Shown here: positions 45,280-55,800 of the stretch, in pieces
Numbering within the stretch: position 1 is the first letter of the stretch
How the letters are laid out: each line of letters opens with the position of its first letter
Virus genome (UHGV): UHGV-0279745
Length of the DNA stretch: 64,000 bases
Strand: one strand, 5' to 3'
Source of the DNA: a virus
Notes under the pieces: generated by a model
The model's input: only the letters and a program-made list of their open reading frames with translations
Databases searched by the model: none
Told to the model about the DNA's origin: nothing
Translations under genes and position numbers: made by a program

Positions 45280-45486
45280 TTACCTTCCCCCCGCACCTTT
45301 ACTACAGCTACCACTGCACGACCAGCTACATCCGCCGTTACAGTTATAATGGCTTAAAGGTAAACCGGCAAGGTTATTGGTTGAAGACACAGTGCCCTGG
45401 TTTGCAATATAGTTGTTTGCGTTAGCGGTCGTAATATACCCTTCCGCTGTTACTAACCGATCACGAAGGTTCTTAAGGCTAATCAC
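45280..45486 (-). CDS. Cys-rich repeat protein C (short paralog)
   Basis: GTG start 2 nt after the stop of paralog B with GGGAGG SD; N-terminal ISLKNLRDRL then NCNGGCSWSCSGSC. Confidence 0.55.
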   Translation of the reverse strand: MISLKNLRDRLVTAEGYITTANANNYIANQGTVSSTNNLAGLPLSHYNCNGGCSWSCSGSCSKGAGGR

Positions 45487-45488
45487 AA

Positions 45489-45887
45489 TTACCTCCCAGA
45501 ACACCCACCAGAACAACTACCTGAGCAGCCTGCAGAACAGTTTCCTACACACGAGTTAGAACAACTCCCCGTACAGCTTCCTGAACAGCCACCAGAACAG
45601 GTATTCGAACATCCACTACAGCCTGCACTACAACCTGATACACAGTTTGCAGAACAGGAAGAACCACAGCCGCCTGATGCGTTCCCTGTACAACCACCAG
45701 AACAGCTCGAACAGGTCCAGCTACAGCTCCCACCACAGTCATAGTGGTTGCGAGCTTGCCCACCGAATAAGTCTGCGTTGTTCGTCGCTTTCCCACGAAT
45801 ATAGTTTTGTACTGCACCCGTATTCTTCAATGCAGTGTTGTCAATGTTATTTAGCCGCGCTTGTAGCGCAGGTAATCCAATTGCCAT
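45489..45887 (-). CDS. Cys/Gly/Ser-rich CxxxC-repeat protein B
   Basis: Strong SD (AAGAGGTGA); ~45-aa N-terminal region then DCGGSCSWTCS and ~20 CxxxC-spaced Cys. Confidence 0.65.
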   Translation of the reverse strand: MAIGLPALQARLNNIDNTALKNTGAVQNYIRGKATNNADLFGGQARNHYDCGGSCSWTCSSCSGGCTGNASGGCGSSCSANCVSGCSAGCSGCSNTCSGGCSGSCTGSCSNSCVGNCSAGCSGSCSGGCSGR

Positions 45888-45897
45888 TTTTCACCTC

Positions 45898-46293
45898 TTA
45901 GGTTGGGCCAGAACAGCCACCAGAGCAAGCACCAGAACAACCCGTAGAACAACGGCCCGAGCAAGCACCCCCACAGGTCCCACTGCAACCTGAGCAGCCA
46001 CCGGAACACGTTGAACTACATCCAGTACACTGGTTACCGCACGCAGAGGAGCAGCTACCTACACACACTGACGTACAGGTGCCCGAACAACTCGTACAGC
46101 CATGCGTACAACCGTTTGAGCACGTCCAGCTGCAACTCCCCCCGCAGTCTAACCGACTTGGCGTCCAACCCGAAAAAGTGTCGGCGGCATTATGTGCTTT
46201 CGACGCAACTTGCGGATCAACACGTGGGCCAGTTGCCATTTGGTTCTCTACGTTGGTGATTCGGTCACGTACATTTTTAACACTGATCGCCAT
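45898..46293 (-). CDS. Cys/Gly/Ser-rich CxxxC-repeat protein A
   Basis: N-terminal MAISVKNVRDRITNVENQ... then DCGGSCSWTCS and a CxxxC-repeat core; first gene after the minus-strand terminator. Confidence 0.65.
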   Translation of the reverse strand: MAISVKNVRDRITNVENQMATGPRVDPQVASKAHNAADTFSGWTPSRLDCGGSCSWTCSNGCTHGCTSCSGTCTSVCVGSCSSACGNQCTGCSSTCSGGCSGCSGTCGGACSGRCSTGCSGACSGGCSGPT

Positions 46294-46304
46294 CACGTAT
46301 CCTT

Positions 46305-46350
46305 AAAATAAAAAAGAATGGAGGACTACGCCCATAAGCATAGTTCCTCC
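46305..46350 (-). terminator. rho-independent terminator (minus strand) between fibritin-like gene and Cys-rich gene A
   Basis: Minus-strand RNA forms GGAGGAACUAUGC-uuaugg-GCGUAGUCCUCC followed by a U-run (A-run 46307-46315 on plus). Confidence 0.65.
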
Positions 46351-46360
46351 TGTAATAAAG

Positions 46361-47560
46361 TTATTTCGTACCCGCTTCTGCCTGAACGTCATCACGGGAC
46401 GTCAAGTTAGCGTTAACGTGTACTGAAGCCTGAACCACACCACCGTATTTCTTGTGGAGATAGCCTGTGTGTGGGTTATCTGCCGCAATATGGTTTTGCA
46501 GGTTCTGATTCGCCTGACTGATCGCGTTCGTGTTATTCGCGACCTGTTGTTTAAGCGCATCCAAGTTTTGTTGCAGATTATCAATTTTCTGATCGGACTC
46601 ATTACCCCGCTGTTCTAACGCAGCAATGCGCTGAATCGCTTGATTGAGTTTGGTGCTCAGATCGTTGATATTTTTCTGTAACTGTAACACTAGCGAATTT
46701 AGGTTCGCCAATGCCAATGCCATTTTCTGGTAGTTTTGTGCAACGATGTTAAGTTGGTCGTTCCACGCTTCCAAAGATTTGACAACAGCATCAATACGTT
46801 TTCCTAACGCTTCATCCGCTTTCTTCAACGCATTAATATCAGTAATGGTTGCATCGATGGCAGACTGTACGTCACGGATAAGTGCACGGATCTCCGTTTC
46901 TGTTAACCCGTTAACCTGGTGAATATCCAGATGGTGGACGTTACCCGTGGCGTTAATGTGCGCGTTCAGCGCGTCCAGGAAATCGTTTTTCAGGCTTTCG
47001 AGAATCGCTTTGATGTTCTCAAGCTGTACAGCATCGCCCGCCGTTATCGCATCTTTAATGCCAGCGAGCACTGTAATGATATATTCGAAGCCGTAAATAT
47101 CGCCGACGTCTTTATACGTCGGTGCCGACGGAAATGTATCAGGAACATTTCGCAAGTCTTTAAAGCCAACAGTTCGATTATCGAGATTCAACTCAGCAAT
47201 CGCCTGTTCTATCGCAGTCACGTTTGCCGACTGCGGACCCCCGACTACTTGCGCCGATACCGTGATATCGGTCGGAATCGCGGTGTTCGTTACAACAACC
47301 GCCATTACCACTTCCCGGTTCTTCGTCAATTTCTCGTAAGCCGGGTGTGCAAAAATCAACTCATAGTCCGTTCCGCGCTCATACGTCGCATCGGGGCGGT
47401 TAGCAACCCGCAAGCGGAACGTATCAGCATAAAACGGACCGTCAGGAAAAGCAAACGCACGGTTAACTTTACCTGTGCCTAACGTAACCTGACGCTCCAC
47501 GGCGTTAGAGGTTAGGGTTCCCGTTAAATCTAAAGGGTATTGGTATACAATGGAGGCCAT
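46361..47560 (-). CDS. fibritin-like coiled-coil fibre protein
   Basis: N-terminal domain shared with the three giant fibre proteins (PDGPFY...GTDYELIF); long Asn/Gln/Leu/Ala-rich heptad region; start trimmed to ATG 47560 after AAGGAGAG. Confidence 0.7.
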   Translation of the reverse strand: MASIVYQYPLDLTGTLTSNAVERQVTLGTGKVNRAFAFPDGPFYADTFRLRVANRPDATYERGTDYELIFAHPAYEKLTKNREVVMAVVVTNTAIPTDITVSAQVVGGPQSANVTAIEQAIAELNLDNRTVGFKDLRNVPDTFPSAPTYKDVGDIYGFEYIITVLAGIKDAITAGDAVQLENIKAILESLKNDFLDALNAHINATGNVHHLDIHQVNGLTETEIRALIRDVQSAIDATITDINALKKADEALGKRIDAVVKSLEAWNDQLNIVAQNYQKMALALANLNSLVLQLQKNINDLSTKLNQAIQRIAALEQRGNESDQKIDNLQQNLDALKQQVANNTNAISQANQNLQNHIAADNPHTGYLHKKYGGVVQASVHVNANLTSRDDVQAEAGTK

Positions 47561-47600
47561 GGCCACTCTCCTTAATCCGAGACGTCCTTGTCTCGTGGCG

Positions 47601-50600
47601 TTAAGATGTAAACATAAGATTGAACTGGAGCTTATCGATATCGCGGGTTTGTGCTGGGTTAACCGCATCGTACGTGGTTGCCACGTAGACCGTTAATGTC
47701 CCGTCAGCAAACGAAGTTTTCACCGGTGGCGTAGTCCCTGTCTGTCCATCAGTTACAATGACGACAGGTTGAGCCGGGAGTTGATGGAACTGACCCTTAA
47801 CCGCTTTATACACCAAACCAGATTGCGCTGATAACTCCGTGTCGGTATAGACGATAAACGGCGTGTCGATATCTGTCTGTTTAATGACAGTGTTCGTCTC
47901 AACGTCAATCAGCTGAACAGCACCGAACTTCGTACGGTAGCTATCGTATTCATTTTTTGGAATGACAAACGTAGCATGTACACGGACTTCTTCGGCGGGC
48001 TTAAATCCGGCGTGTTCTTTTTCCAGATAGCTGTTAGCAGTTAACGTTACTGTCTGTTCAGTCATCGTACCACCAGACTGGTTTAACCCGTAACGAACTT
48101 GGGTTATACCTGTCGGAGCCGCAAGCCTGATTTTTAGTCTACGGTTAGCGGTGCCGGGATTACCAGGCACTCTAACACGCAGGCTCAAAGCCAGATATGC
48201 ATTCGTACCGGTAGTCGGTTTCGTATACGCACCCAACCACTTCATATTCGCGGTTGCCGCTTGACTGTTCTCAGAAGCAGTAGCCGCTACAACGTTTGCA
48301 GCGACCGCTTTCTGCCAGAACTGGTCAGCGCAGTTCTCATACGCTACTCTACCGATACTTTTATAACCTGCATAGGTTTCCTGTATCGGCAGATTGGGGC
48401 GTGTTGTGATCCCGCTCAACGCATTCCATCTCTGACCATCGACATACCCCGCACCATTGCTCGCGGATGCCGTGGGGGCTTTCAGCGGTTGGTTAACCAA
48501 GGTTTGGAGTGGACCCGTTTTTCGATCGTACGCCGCTGCAACGTCGTGCTGATCTCTAACAGCAGCGTGTTCTTCTAATTCACGAACCCTGCCTAACCGT
48601 TTCACTTTATCGATGTTAATAGCAACTATGCGCTTTTTATCGGTTGTAACTGTACCAACAAATAATCGCGAAGTCGTATCCGGCAGCTTTTCCAGCCCGA
48701 TCCGATATTGAGCTTTCGAACCTACAAGAGCAGCATGAACATAGAACGTCTGGTTAGCATGGTTTTCTGGGAATTCGTTGCTTAAATCCACCGACCACGT
48801 CGGTAATGTATAGCTATTACTACCGAAATCTAACCTGACCTCTTCCGTCAAGTATAGAATCCAACCTTCCGCAGTCTCCACGCCTGCAATAATAACCGCC
48901 TGCCCCGCTGTTGAGAATGTGGTATCATTAACGAACTCTTCGACTGTATATGCGTTACCTGAACAGAAAACGCGGTCAGCTTTAGAGAAAATTCGTGCCA
49001 TCTTGTCCCAATTACCCGCACCCATGTAACAACCAGATTCTGGGTTGTGGGCAGGAGCCATCTGACGCAACTGTGACTTACCGGGAACGCGAGTCCAACC
49101 CGACCCAGGGTTAAAGGTATACTTCGCAGCGTAACCCAAAGCATTTAGGTCCCCGATATTCCGTATTGTCAGCGTATAAGGCAACCATAGACCGAAGTTT
49201 ACACCGTCGGCAGAAGCAAAAATTGGCTGGCCTACACGTCGCGTTTTATTGCCCGCTTCTTCCCTCAGAGACTGATAACTTAAGCCGTAATCAAGGTCTA
49301 AGAACCAATCAACGAGTTTGAAAGTAGCCGAGTTAAAACGTAGATAACCGTTTTCTTTGGTCGGACTTACCATGAAGTAATAGATGTCGAGAACTCGACG
49401 TCCGTTACTCAGGGTTTTCATACATGAGACTTGTAATAAGTCGAACTCACAAACAGTGTTAATGCCTAGCAACCAGAGCGCAAACAACGCGTTGCCGCTT
49501 TGGTGTGCTGCACTGATGCGTTCGTTCGCGTAACCGTTTGCTTGACCAGATGGTGCACCGTCGACAATCATCCTAATCATCTTCTGGCGATCCGCTTCCT
49601 CTAACGTCAGCCGTTCTGATGACAGGGCAAAGTTACCGTAGATGTTTCGATATGGGAAGGTTTCCGCTTTCGTCAAATACCAACCGTTTAATTGCCCGTG
49701 ACGCTCCTCAGGAGTCATGCAAGCAGCCATACAGCTTAACTGTTCGTAAAGGGTTGCATCAACTTCTCGACGGTTGTTGTTCGGACCATAACCACTATAT
49801 CCGGGAACGTCATAAGGTTTACTTGGGTCAACTTCTACTTCGATCGTATAGCGGTTGCGCGGATTGGATAGCCAAACCTTATTCGAACCACCAATACCGA
49901 CAGGATGAGAAAGACCGATTGTATAGATAGAACCGCGACCTTTATCCCATGTAAATGTTGCTTCGCCTGAGGTATTGTTTGGGTTATCATAACGCAGATA
50001 ATCAAAAAACTCTTTGCCTTGCGTACTTTTAATAGTAACGTTCGGCATCTGGTCCGCATCGTTAATCTGCCAGCAGGAAAGCATCATTCCCGAGACATTA
50101 GGTTTAGCATACGTCGCAAAACAACGATTGTTTGCTTGGCCGCCACCCCACTTACGACTGGTTTCTACAGTTGAGCCATCCGCGAACGTCAGTGTGGTAG
50201 TATCAACCTTAATGGGGAAACGTTCGGCACCCTCTAACGTAACTCTGCCCGTTAACGTATCGATTGTGAAACTTGTTGACCATTGACGGAAATTAATCGT
50301 CGAACCGTCGGCAGCCGCAAACCACACGGTGGGTACATGGTTCACACGAATCACGCTGTCGCGCACCGCACAAGCATGGCTACATTCTGGACCGTGAACA
50401 AAACTGTGACCGATTGTCCATTTAGCCCGTGCCTCTGGCGGGTAATACGTAAAGAACTGACCAGTCTGCGACTCTTCGGTCTTCTGACCAATTCGTAAAC
50501 AGAGGTTATCTCCGAATTGCCCCATTTCTCCGGTTAGGGTTACACGTTCAAATTCTAACTCAGTATTGTTAGTCAAATCGGCTTTACGTAAACGCCATGC

Positions 50601-52784
50601 CGCCACGGCATAAGCAGAGTTATTTACCGTGGAACGAAGAAGATAAACGTGGTCGTCAACTAACACAACATCGTCGGCTTCTGGCCAAGGATTCCAGGTT
50701 TGTTCCACAGTACCGCTGGGGTTGCCATTACGGTACTTAGGCATTGTAACACGACACACCACCGTGTGTTTACTGTGGTCCATCGAACCATTGAACAACA
50801 CCAAATAACGGTTATTGTCAGAACCCAGACAAATAATCGCTTCCTGACCACCGATCAATATCGCTTTTAAGGTCACCCCAGGGTATTTACTCATCCCAAC
50901 AGGATGGTATTTCACCGAAGTTTGCTGAGGGTTCACAAACACATTCGACGTATTGATATCAGCATAGCCGTAGTAAATAGCCTCTGTACCAGGTACACCA
51001 TTAGAAGCATTACGTAACGAATAAACTTTACCTTGTTGGAATCCTACAACGCCTTTCTGATAGGACTGGTTCTTTGTAAAACCTGAATAATTACCGAGCG
51101 CCGGAATGGGTAAGAAGTTTTTGTTACCGAACTTCGCCCCACCGACAGTCCACGCAGGTAAGATGGTATTCAGTTTATCAGAAACTTTCTTGATCTCTTT
51201 TGCGAACAACCACCCTTGACGCGAAGTGGCAGCTTTATCGTTCGTGGTATCAATCGCATCCCACAACTGTAAGATACCATCCACAGTCGCACTGCCAATC
51301 GGGACATTATCCAAATCGGCGGTAGTGTGCGTGTGCTCCTTCACACTTTTATTTTTCAGCACATTCGCTAACGCTTTTGTTACCGGTTTAGCGATCGGCA
51401 TGGTGTTATCCATCTTATCGATACCGAAATCGGTTTTCGTTAAGGTTAACACCATTTTATCGCCCGTCTTAACAAACCCTTTACCGTTAACCGTATAGTC
51501 ATCGTCAACGTACAGGTCCAAGCGGTCTTTTAATTCGGTCACCGCCTTTTGGGAAATAGCAGTGCCTAGTGCTACGGATGTTGCGATATTCGTAATCGAA
51601 AACACCCCATAAACCGACTCGGTTGCTGTGGGAATATTCGCGTTCAACGTTAGCGGATTAGACTGCTTCGCCGTACCGTACGGTTTTACGCTGTCTGATG
51701 GTTTGAAATAGGCATTCGCTTCAAGTAACGTTACAGACGTCAGGTACATGTTCACCATTTCTGGTGTAACCAAATACACAGAGTTGTAAACCGGCGCTAA
51801 TACATCCTGCTCTGACCCAGAGTGTACCCAAAGCGTATTCAGTCCCGCACTAAATTCAACCGCTAAACCCGATTCGTTGTTGTCCTGGTCCGCTTTAATC
51901 ACTAACGGTTGCGGTGAGGTAATTAACCACTTATCACCACGGATACTGATAATGTGCCCGCCTGCGGTTTTAAACGTCAGTTCGTTACCGTTCGTGCTCC
52001 CCCATCGACCGTAAACAGTGCCGAGGGCTTCACCCATTAACTGATCAACGTCTGACTGCTCAATACCCGCCGAACCCATCAGCGTAGCCAACTCGTCAAT
52101 CGTCAGTCCAAACGCTTTTGTCGCGTCAACAGCACGTCCCAAAACCGGAAGGGCACCAACGTCAGTGGTCGTATACTGGTGTGCGTTAGGATTAAGGTGG
52201 TGTTGGTATAACTCCTCGTCGAAAACCTTTTTACCGTTCTCGTAAATCAGGTTAGTGACTTCGGTAAACGCTGCATCTAACTCTGTTGAACGTTGAACGA
52301 TTTTCTTACGGATGTCGTTTAACGCTTTAACAACCTCATCCCTCAGAATAGCTTCTTCTAAGTTAGCAGGAGGATCGATGGGTTGAATAACTGGCGCATA
52401 CGCCATTAACTCTGACCAGTCCACGTTACGTGGGTCTTTCAGGTCAGTACGAACTAAGAACTTTCCGATTTCAGATTGCGGTACACGATACTGGCGTGCT
52501 ACCCCTAAAATCTCATATTCGATTTCTGTTGCGGTCAGCAACATGAACCCGCCGTAGATCTGATCTTGCTCAGCTTCTGCGAGTTCTTTAAAGTAATAGC
52601 CTAAATAGTAGTCCAACCCCTCAATCAGAGTACGACGTCCGTTAGGCGCGGTATCGTCGGCTACTGTGAGTTTTAATCCGATACGATAAAAAGGTCCTTC
52701 AGGCGGAATGACCACATTAAATCGGTTAGGGTACGTCGCTGTGCTTAACGTACCGTTAAACTGCGCCGCGTCTTCTCTCGGCAT
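47601..52784 (-). CDS. giant virion fibre/spike-like protein (1727 aa)
   Basis: N-terminal domain (PPEGPFYRIGLKLTV...GLDYYLGYYF) shared with neighbouring fibre proteins; AGGAG SD. Confidence 0.75.
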   Translation of the reverse strand: MPREDAAQFNGTLSTATYPNRFNVVIPPEGPFYRIGLKLTVADDTAPNGRRTLIEGLDYYLGYYFKELAEAEQDQIYGGFMLLTATEIEYEILGVARQYRVPQSEIGKFLVRTDLKDPRNVDWSELMAYAPVIQPIDPPANLEEAILRDEVVKALNDIRKKIVQRSTELDAAFTEVTNLIYENGKKVFDEELYQHHLNPNAHQYTTTDVGALPVLGRAVDATKAFGLTIDELATLMGSAGIEQSDVDQLMGEALGTVYGRWGSTNGNELTFKTAGGHIISIRGDKWLITSPQPLVIKADQDNNESGLAVEFSAGLNTLWVHSGSEQDVLAPVYNSVYLVTPEMVNMYLTSVTLLEANAYFKPSDSVKPYGTAKQSNPLTLNANIPTATESVYGVFSITNIATSVALGTAISQKAVTELKDRLDLYVDDDYTVNGKGFVKTGDKMVLTLTKTDFGIDKMDNTMPIAKPVTKALANVLKNKSVKEHTHTTADLDNVPIGSATVDGILQLWDAIDTTNDKAATSRQGWLFAKEIKKVSDKLNTILPAWTVGGAKFGNKNFLPIPALGNYSGFTKNQSYQKGVVGFQQGKVYSLRNASNGVPGTEAIYYGYADINTSNVFVNPQQTSVKYHPVGMSKYPGVTLKAILIGGQEAIICLGSDNNRYLVLFNGSMDHSKHTVVCRVTMPKYRNGNPSGTVEQTWNPWPEADDVVLVDDHVYLLRSTVNNSAYAVAAWRLRKADLTNNTELEFERVTLTGEMGQFGDNLCLRIGQKTEESQTGQFFTYYPPEARAKWTIGHSFVHGPECSHACAVRDSVIRVNHVPTVWFAAADGSTINFRQWSTSFTIDTLTGRVTLEGAERFPIKVDTTTLTFADGSTVETSRKWGGGQANNRCFATYAKPNVSGMMLSCWQINDADQMPNVTIKSTQGKEFFDYLRYDNPNNTSGEATFTWDKGRGSIYTIGLSHPVGIGGSNKVWLSNPRNRYTIEVEVDPSKPYDVPGYSGYGPNNNRREVDATLYEQLSCMAACMTPEERHGQLNGWYLTKAETFPYRNIYGNFALSSERLTLEEADRQKMIRMIVDGAPSGQANGYANERISAAHQSGNALFALWLLGINTVCEFDLLQVSCMKTLSNGRRVLDIYYFMVSPTKENGYLRFNSATFKLVDWFLDLDYGLSYQSLREEAGNKTRRVGQPIFASADGVNFGLWLPYTLTIRNIGDLNALGYAAKYTFNPGSGWTRVPGKSQLRQMAPAHNPESGCYMGAGNWDKMARIFSKADRVFCSGNAYTVEEFVNDTTFSTAGQAVIIAGVETAEGWILYLTEEVRLDFGSNSYTLPTWSVDLSNEFPENHANQTFYVHAALVGSKAQYRIGLEKLPDTTSRLFVGTVTTDKKRIVAINIDKVKRLGRVRELEEHAAVRDQHDVAAAYDRKTGPLQTLVNQPLKAPTASASNGAGYVDGQRWNALSGITTRPNLPIQETYAGYKSIGRVAYENCADQFWQKAVAANVVAATASENSQAATANMKWLGAYTKPTTGTNAYLALSLRVRVPGNPGTANRRLKIRLAAPTGITQVRYGLNQSGGTMTEQTVTLTANSYLEKEHAGFKPAEEVRVHATFVIPKNEYDSYRTKFGAVQLIDVETNTVIKQTDIDTPFIVYTDTELSAQSGLVYKAVKGQFHQLPAQPVVIVTDGQTGTTPPVKTSFADGTLTVYVATTYDAVNPAQTRDIDKLQFNLMFTS

Positions 52785-52878
52785 CGTAAAGACTCCTACT
52801 TTTAAATAAAATGGATACCCCTCCCCGTTACAGGGAGGGGTTACCTACGGACACACAACTGCCCGCAGGCAGCCTGTC

Positions 52879-55800
52879 CTAAGTACGATCCCCTAACTGC
52901 TTCCCGTTAAGTTCTCGTTTCAGTACAGCCAAAATCCACTTCCACGCTTTACTCGTGATGTGGTACGGATTGCGTTTCTCCATTAAGAACTGACTTTCGC
53001 CGCTACGGAGTTCGAAGCTCTGCGCATTGAGTTGGTCTTGGCGAACACCTTTCTCGTCAGTGACATCTAACGAACAGGTAAAGTTAAGCTCGTAGCCTTC
53101 AGGATTATTACCCGGTGGTTCTAAGACAATATAAATGTCCTGCCCTACACGTAGGTCCTTTGGCGTAAGGGTAACTGCTTTACCTGTGTCCGCGCTGGTC
53201 GAAAGCGCAAACGGCACGCTATCGATAGCTGATACATACGCGTCCTTCCCAGCATCACCGATAATCACCTTACCCGGCCAGTTACACTTCACCGTTCCTG
53301 TCACTTTTGCAACACGGTACTGCTGTTTATCAGCACCTTGTGCAAAGCGTAAAATGAGTTTATGCCGATACCGGTTTGCGGCAGCTTTGGATGTACTCCA
53401 CTCATTGTTCCAGGATGCATGAAGTTCACCTTTCTTGGCCATCAAAGCACCACGAGACAGCTTACGTGGGAAGAATTGTGCCGGAAGTTGCCCTTCGTGG
53501 GAAATCGCTACACTCCCTTGTCCGGTTGGAAGTGCTATTGTTTCCGTAGGGCAATAATTTAACTCGTACACGTGTGTTGTAGGATCGATCAATTTCTGAT
53601 AGTAATCGCCGTCCTTACTGTCCGCTAACCAACCAACGGAAGAGTCCGTATACGATTCAAACAGTGAACGTAAATAGTGATACTTATCGATATCGATGTT
53701 ACCCGTTTTTGGATCGATCAGGGCATGGTTAATAGTGAGGAAACACTTCTCACTCAAACCATTAAACGCCAGCCCCACTCCGTCGCCGGTAAAATAGTCT
53801 ACCAGGTCAAATGGAAGCGTCATTTCTATTTGTCGCAAGTTGATAGTCGTTGAACCAAACTGCGAAAAAGATAGCGCTAAACGAAGTACACGAGTATTAA
53901 CATTATAACGATAACGAATCATCCCACGCGGCGCATGGTTCGCGGAGATCTTATCACCGTTTGGACCCCACCCAATTAAATCGAGTATTTCGGCGTTTGC
54001 TACTTCACCATTAAACAAAACGTCTTTAGTCGTGATTTCAACTGACGTTTCCCTTCCGGCATCCATCAACATCGAACCGTTATTCAACTCGAAGCTCTTG
54101 TGCCAAACTTCAGAAGTCGAACCAGCACCTACACCCACCTTACAAGTTTTACTAGTAAGGTTAATACGCACATAACGGCGTCCCACTGTACCACCCTGCG
54201 AGCTTGCGCACAAAATAAGATCAGGTGCCGCAGACAGTGCCTTGGTCCCTCCAATGTCATCAACATCGAAAACGAATGAGCCTTCGAACGTTGGTGCGTT
54301 ATTTTCCTTCGGGTTAAATGGCGTGAACCAACAATAAGGCGTCGCGCCCTCGGTTGAGAAAATCAACTCTAAGTCAGATTTAACATTTAATCCGTGGGAA
54401 TAAGAAAAGAGACCGCGACTTAAGGTACAAAGCGTTCCACCGCTTCCGCTACCTAAGGTTTTTCGATATATTAAAGCGCGGGGTTCAGCAATAGCACGGT
54501 TTAATAACGGCAACCGTGGGTTATCCGTTAACGTCCAGTCGACAGAACTGAGTCCGTGTGCTTTACGAGCGTCGATGTGCTCACTAACCTCGGTACTTTT
54601 CCCGAAATCAAACGTAGTTTCAAAACTCACGGTTTTATTCGAGTAAGATTCACCGGCAACAATATCAACGTAGCCGATATAACCGCGCTCAGGGTCAACT
54701 GCAATACTCTGAATTGGCTCAGTACGCGAATACAGAGAGCCTGTGAGCATGTTAACGTACAGATAATGACGAATGCCTACGTGTGTTGTAACGAACTCTT
54801 GGAGAAGCTCTACGTGCGTTTCAGGGCCACTGAAATAAACGGGGTAGTCACCGTCGTAAATTTCGAATTGCACCGCTGCGGATTTAGCCGTGTCGCTACA
54901 CTCAGCTTTAACCGCCACGGTGTAGTTTTCAACGTCTGCTGATGTTTCATACACTGCAACGAGCGGAGACTGGCCTGTGGCTGCCTGGATACCGTTAATG
55001 TAAACTGTAACCGGGCCACCCCCTGCGGCATAAACCCAAAGCTTCGGCTGGCGTGCTCTTACCCGCGTTTTGGCCAACACAGTAACAACTGACTGGTCAC
55101 CCATCTGTGAGGCAGTTTTACCTACCGGAACAGATTGGAAACCCATTAGTGGTGGTTCTTCAATACCTGTCCAGTTAATGCCCTTACCAGCACTCACTTT
55201 CCCCGTAGGCCAAGTCGTCTCAATTTGGTTGTTCGGTGAGAACCAGTTAAACATCGGCGTAGTTTGCAGGTCAATCGAACCTGTAACGGCGCTATCAGCT
55301 TTCGCACCGTTCAGCAAATAGAAATACTTCAAATCTTGAACGGAGATTGCCGTACCCTGACTATTAAAACGCCAGTCTGCACCTTTTACCGCAGCAAAAT
55401 CCGTTACCGACCCTTCTTTCGCGTTTGCAATCGCCGCAGCAACCACATCTAAACGCGCCGAAAGTTCTTTTAAGATGTTCGGTACCACTGCACGGTTTTC
55501 AACCAAACCGTTCTGGTTAGTTGCGTAACGACCGATACCGTAAACGGATTGCGAGGCTTTATAAATGCCTAGTTCCGACCAATCGTGATGGTGACCCGCA
55601 TCCGCTAAGCCGCTAAGCGCCGCATTTAACTCGGTAGACAACGGCTTGTCAACGTCTGCGGTGTTATCCGCTTGCCCTAACCCCAGATCAGCTTTCGTGA
55701 TTGTCCTGGAGCCGTCGTTCATCGGCTTACCGTTAATCATGGTCGTTTTAGCCACATACCCCGATAGGTCAGTCGAGTATGGTGCTAACGACGCCGGTGT

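Noticed and set aside
45545-46306. Alternative-frame ORFs overlapping the Cys-rich genes (45545-45817 minus; 45647-45901, 46011-46259 and 46079-46306 plus)
   Set aside because: The Cys-rich frame has the SD sequences, tight coupling to neighbours and a conserved N-terminal region across three paralogs; the alternatives lack these and arise from the repetitive GC-rich codons. The frame still needs experimental confirmation.
46919-47482. 187-aa plus-strand ORF
   Set aside because: Antisense within the fibritin-like gene; no SD or context.
46361-47668. Long N-terminal extension (36 aa) of the fibritin-like gene overlapping the upstream fibre gene by 68 nt
   Set aside because: ATG 47560 has a strong AAGGAGAG SD and the extension is low-complexity (SISSSSILCL); the shorter gene is preferred.
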